From assembly GCF_009914755.1 (NCBI RefSeq), contig NC_060934.1: a DNA stretch of 64,000 bases. One strand, 5' to 3'. Made by a program: the position numbers and the translations under genes. Source of the stretch: the human T2T-CHM13v2.0 reference genome, Homo sapiens. The notes under the pieces are model-generated. The model made no database searches. It saw only the letters and a program-made list of their open reading frames with translations, and had not been told where the DNA came from. This document shows positions 58,391 to 64,000 of the stretch, one piece after another (positions within the stretch are counted from its first letter, which is position 1; every line of letters begins with the position of its first letter).

Positions 58391-60049
58391 TTGTAGTGAC
58401 AAAAGGAAAAGCTCGGGCCAATCTGGCTCTGAGTTCTTGCTCTTATTCTCAGTGAACTTGGGTAAATTATGTAACATCTCTGACTCACAGTTTCTGTTTT
58501 TAAAATTAAAATTTAATATCTGTGTATATTTATGGGATACATGTGATATTTTGCTACATGCATAGAATGTGTAATGATCAAGTCAGAGTATTTGGGGTAT
58601 CGGTCAACTCAGGCATTTATCATTTCTATGTGTTGGGAACATTTCAAGTCCTCTCTTCTAACTATTCTGAAATACACAATACATTGTTGTTTACTATAGT
58701 CACCCCACACTGTTATTGAACATTCGAACTTATTCCTTTTATATAACTGTATGTTTTTACCCATTTACCAAGCTCTCATCATCCTCCCTGCCATACACCC
58801 TTCCCAGCCTCTGGTATCTGTTATTCCACTTTCTACTTCCATGAGATCACAACTTCTTAGCTCCCACATATAAGTGAGGACATGAGATATTTGTCTTTCT
58901 GTGCCTGATTTATTTCACTTAACATAATGACCTCCAGTTCCATCCATGTTGCTGTAAATTACATGATTTCATTCTTTTTATGGTGAATAGTATTTCATTG
59001 TGTGTATATACCACATTTTCTTTATCCATTTATCCATTGATGGACACAGGTTGATCCCATGTCTTTGCTATTGTAAATAGTGCTGCAATAAACATGGGAG
59101 TGCAGTTATCCCTTTAATATATTGATTTATTTTCCTTTGGATAAATACTTAGAAGTGGTATTTCTGGATTATATGGTAGTTCTATATTTAGTTTTTTTGA
59201 GAAATCTCTATACTCTTTTCCATAGTAGCTATACAAATTTACATTCCCACCAAAAGTATAATCAATATCATTTACTGCATCCTCACCAGAATCTGTTATT
59301 TCTTGTCTTTTTAATAATTGCCACTCTAACTGGGGTGAGATGGTATCTCACTGTGGTTTTGAGTTGCATTTCCCTGATGATTAGCGATGTTGAGCATTTT
59401 TTCATATATGTGTTGATATTTTGGGACATACATAAAAAGTTCTTTGCCCACTTTTTAATGGGATTATTCATTTTTGGCTTTGTTTTGTTTTGTTTACTAT
59501 TGAATTGAGTTCCTTGTGTATTCTGAGTATTAGTCCCTTGTCAGATAAATAATTTGCAAATATTTTCTCCCATCCAACCAGTTGTCTCTTCATTTTGTTA
59601 ATTGTTTTCTTTGCTGAGCAAAAGCTTTTTAGTTTAATGCAGTCCCATTTCTCATTTTCGTTTTTGTTGCCTGTGTTTTTAAGATCTTAGCCATAAAATC
59701 TTTGCCTAGACCAATGTCCTAAAGTTTTTTATATTTTATCCTAGCAGTTTTATATGTTTGGGTCATATGTTTAAGTCTTTAGTTCATTTTGAGTTGCATT
59801 TTGCATATGTTGAGAGATAGGAGTCCAGTTTCATTCTTCTGCATATGGATTAAGTTTCCCAGCACCATTTATTGAAGAGTGTGTACTTTCCCTACTGGGT
59901 GCTCTCAGTGTCTTTGAAGAAGATCTGTTGACTATAAATATACGGATTTATTCTGGATTCCTTTGGTCTGTTTTCATACCAATACCATGCTGCTTTTAGT
60001 ATTATAGCTTTGTAATATATTTGAATTCACATGGTTTTCTGCCCTCAGC

Positions 60050-61146
60050 TATTGGCAGAACCCACCCCCAATATTTCAACGTAGGTTCTTTCTATTTTCC
60101 ATAAGTGTTGGCTGGCTGAGCAATAAAGAGAGACAGTACAAAGAGAGGAGTTTTACAGCTGGGCCACCGGGGGTGACATCACATATCAGTAGGACCATGA
60201 TGCCCGCCTGAGTCTCTGATCAGCAAGTTTTTATTAAGGGTTTCAAAACGGGAGGGGGTGTAAGAACAGGGAGTAGGTACAAAGATCACATGCTTCAAAG
60301 GGCAAAAAGCAGAACCACTGATAAGGGTCTAACAAAGATCACATGCTTCTGAGGGAACAGGACAAAGGGCAAAAGCAGTACCACTGATAAGGGTCCAACA
60401 AAGATCACAGGGCAAAGGGCAAAAGCAGAACCACTGATAAGTGTCTATGTTCAGTGGTGCACATATTGTCTTGATAAACATCTTAAACAACAGAAAACAG
60501 GGCTTGACAGCAGAGAACCAGTGTGACCACAAATTTACGAGGGTGGAGTTTCCCCAACCCTAGTAAGCCTGAGGGTTCTGCAGGAGACCAGGGTGTATCT
60601 CAGTCCTTATCTCAACTGCATAAGACAGACATTCCCAGAGCGGCTGTTTATAGACCTCCCCACAGGAACGCATTCCTTTCCCAGGGCATTAATATTAATA
60701 TTCCTTGCTAGGAAAAGAATTTAGTGATATCTTTCCTACTTGCACTTCCAAAGTTTATAGGCTCTCTGAAAGAAGAAAAATATGACTCTTTTTGCCCGAC
60801 CCCACAGGCAGTCAGACCTTATGGTTGTCTTCCCTTGTTCCATAAAAATCTCTGTTATTCTGTTCTTTTTCAAGGTGCACTGATTTCATATTGTTCAAAC
60901 ACACATGTTTTACAATCGATTTGTACAGTTAACACAATTATCACAGTGGTCCTGAAGTGACATACATCCTCAGCTTATGAAGATAACAGGATTAAGAGAT
61001 TAAAGTAAAGACAGGCATAAGAAATTATAAAAGTATTATTTGGGAACTGATAAATGTCCATATTAAGGTGAAATCTTCACAGTTTATGTTCCTCTGCCAC
61101 AGCTCCAGCCAGTCCCTCTGTTCGGGGTCCCTGACTTCCTGCAACA
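60050..61146 (-). mobile_element. MER11 (probably MER11B) solo LTR of HERV-K11/HML-8
   Basis: The minus strand starts TGTTGCAGGAAGTCAGGGACCCCGAAC; 1097 bp with internal tandem repeats; 6-bp TSD ctcagc/cccagc. Confidence 0.92.
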
Positions 61147-63644
61147 CCCAGCTTTATTCTTTTCACCGAGTATTGCTTTGGCTATTTGGGCTCTTTTTGG
61201 TTCCATACAAATTTTAGAATTGTTTTTTCTATTTTTGTGAAAAATGACATTGGTATTTTGATAGGGATTGCATTGAATCTGTAGACTGCTTTGGGCAGTA
61301 TGGTCATTTTAACAGTATTAATTCTTCTGATACACGAGCATGGGATATCTTTCTATTTGTTTGTGTCCTCTTCAGTTTCCTTCATCAGTGTTTTGTAGTT
61401 TTCTTTGCATAGGTCTTTCACCTCTTTGGTTATATTTATTGCTGGGTATTTTACGTTATTTTTTGTAGCTATTGGAAATGAATTGCCTTCCTGATTTCTT
61501 TCCCAGCTAGTTTATTCTTGGCATATTGAGAAGCTATTAATTTTTGTATGTTAATTTTGTATTCTGCAACTTTATTTATGTGATCTAAAAGTTTTTTGGT
61601 GGAGTCTTTTATTTTTTCTAGATATATGATTATGTCATCTGCAAATATGGACAATTTGGCTTCCTCTTTTCCAAATTAGATGCCTTTTATTTCTTTCTCA
61701 TGCCTGATTGTTCTGGCTAGAACCTTCAGTACTATATTAATAAGGGGTGATGAAATTGGGCATCCTTGTCTTGTTCTAGTTCTTAGAGGAAACGCTTTAG
61801 ACTTTTCCACATTCAGTATAATGTTAGCTGTGGCTTTTTCATATATGGCCTTTATTATGTTGAGGTATGTTTCTTCTATGCTTAGTTTGTTAAGAGCTTT
61901 TATCAAGAAGGCATGCTAAATTTTACCAAGCACTTTTTCTGCATCTATTGAGATGATCAAATAGTTTTTGTCCTTCATTTTGTTGATGCGATATATCGTG
62001 TTTATCGATTTGTGTATGTTGAGCCATCTTTGCATCCCTGGGGTAAATCCCACTTTATCATGGCATATTATCTTTTTGATGTGCTGTTAGATTTACTTTG
62101 CTAGTATTTTGTTAAGGATTTTAGCATTAATATTCACTAGGAATATTGACCTGTAGTGTTCTTTTGTTGTGTCCTTGTCTGGTTTTGGTATCAGGATAGT
62201 GTTGTCTCATAGAATGAGTTAGGGGAAATTCCTTCCTCTTCAATTTTTTTTTGCAATAGTTTGAGAATAATTGATGTTAGTTTTTATTTGTAAGTTTTAT
62301 AGGATTCAGCTGTGAAGATTTTTCTTTGTGGGGAGACATTTTATTCCTAATTCAATCTCATTTTTCAATTATTGGTCTGTTCATGTTTTTTATTCCTTCC
62401 TGATTCAGTCTTGGTAGGTTGTATGTATCCAGGAATTTATTTATTTCCTCTAGGTTTTCCATTTTGTTAGTTTAGAGTTGTTCATAATGGTCTCTGATGA
62501 TCTTTTATATTTTTGTGTCATCAGTTTTAATGTCTCCTTTGTATTTCTGGTTTTGTTATTAGGGTCTTCTCTTTTTTTCTTGATAACTCTAGCTAACATT
62601 TTATTGATTTATTTTATCATTTCAAAATACCAACTCTTTTGATTTGTTGATCCTTTGTGTTTTTTTAAAGTCTTTATTTTCTTTAGGTCTGCTCTGATCT
62701 TTATTCTTTCTTTCCTTCAACTAATTTCAGGCTTGGTTTTTTCTTGCTTTTCTAGTTCCCTGAGGTACATCATCAGATTGTTTATTTGAAATCTTTCTAC
62801 TATTTCAATGCGGGTGTTTATTGCTATAAAATTCCCTCTTAGCACTGCTTTTGCTGTATCCCTTAAGTTTGGGTATGTTGTGTTTCAATTTTCATTTGTT
62901 TTAAGAAATTTTTTTTTTATTTCCTTCTTGATTTCTTCCTTGACCTGGTAGTCATCCAGGAGCTTGTTGTTTAATTTTCATGTATTTGTACATTTCCAAA
63001 GTCCCTCTTGTTATTGATTACCAGTTTTATTCCAGTGTGGTCTGTGAAGATACTTGATAGGATTTTGATTCTTAAAAATTTGTTGCAATTTGTTTTGTGT
63101 CCTATCACATGGTCTATTCTGAAAAATGTTTCATGTACTGATGAGAACAATGTATATTCTGTAGCTATTGCATAAAATGTTCTGTAAATATCTATTAGAT
63201 CCATTTGGTCTAAAGTGCAGTTTAAAGTCAGTGTTTCCTTGCTAATTTTCTGTCTAGATAATCCGTCTAATGATGAGAGTGTGGTGTTGAAGTCCCCAAC
63301 TATTATTGTATTGGAGTCATTTTCTCCCTTTGGATCTAATAATATTTGCTTTATAGATCTAGGTGCTCTGGTATTGGTTGCATATATGTTTAAAATTATT
63401 ATATCATCTGACTGAATTTAACTTTATGATTATGGAATGATCTTCTTTTTTCTTTTTACTGTTTTTACTTAAAGTCTGCTTTATCTGATATTAGGAAAGC
63501 TACTTTTTGTGTTTTCTTTCTGTTTGCTGGGGATATATTTTTCTATCCTTTCACTTTCAGTCTATATGTGTTTTTACAAGTGAGATGAGTTTCTTATAGG
63601 CAGCATTTTGTTGGATGATTTTAAAGACCAATTTAGCTGTATCC

Positions 63645-63931
63645 TTTTTTTGAGATGGAGTTTCACTCTTGTCACCCAGGCTGGAGTCCAATGGAGCGAT
63701 CTCGGTTTATTGACACCTCCTCCCGGGTTCAAGCAATTCTCCTGCCTCAGCCTCCTGAGTAGTTGGAATTACAGGTGCCTGTCACCACATCCAGTTAATT
63801 TTTTTGTATTTTTAGTAGAGATGGGGTTTCACTATGTTGGCCAGGCTGGTCTCAAACTCCTGACCTCATGATCCACCTGCCTCAGCCTCCCAAAGTGCTG
63901 GGATTACAGGTGTGAGCCACCATGCCCAGCC
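63645..63931 (-). mobile_element. AluS, nested in L1MA
   Basis: gagatggagtttcactcttgtc...gagccaccatgcccagcc. Confidence 0.93.
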
Positions 63932-64000
63932 TCAGCCATATCTTTTAAGTGGAAAGTTTAATCTGTATATATCCAAGGTCATCATTGATACATGAAGGCT

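Larger units (their letters stand above)
58500..64000 (-). mobile_element. L1MA3/4-like element (~4 kb of L1, runs off the window), interrupted by MER11 and an Alu
   Basis: 3' UTR gaatgtgtaatgatcaagtcag. ORF2 remnants include RT ([20 protein letters not shown]) and endonuclease (MDLIDIYRTF, FFRIDHVIGHK). Confidence 0.92.

Noticed and set aside
60278-60445. Repeat-spacer-like array resembling CRISPR
   Set aside because: These are the internal tandem repeats of the MER11 LTR in a human context, with no unique spacers or cas genes.
61469-63204. Reverse transcriptase and endonuclease-like peptides as a novel RT system
   Set aside because: Fragmented L1MA ORF2 with many stops and frameshifts; an ordinary dead LINE-1.

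Overview
Human (primate) genomic DNA. The strongest evidence for human origin is a consensus-like AluYa5 carrying all five diagnostic bases at 6136-6434. The window is almost entirely non-coding and rich in repeats: about 12 Alu/FLAM copies, L1s from young (L1PA2) to ancient (L1M), a near full-length HAL1, MaLR and ERV LTRs including a complete solo MER11, MIR/L2 relics and hAT transposon fossils. None of the supplied ORFs looks like a real host protein; the recognisable ones derive from Alu, L1 or hAT sequence. The only gene-like signal is a candidate first coding exon on the minus strand at the left edge (strong-Kozak ATG, MEPNE, then GTGAGT), and I cannot name the gene. I found no convincing new biological system. 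The best second-look items are a perfect p53-family element at 5746-5766, two tailless retrocopies with target-site duplications (TSDs; a U2 snRNA 5' fragment and an Alu 5' fragment), the possibly polymorphic AluYa5, a GATA-repeat MER11 LTR, a close inverted Alu pair and two transposase fossils. Subfamily calls and old-repeat boundaries were made by eye from remembered consensus sequences and need Dfam/RepeatMasker confirmation.
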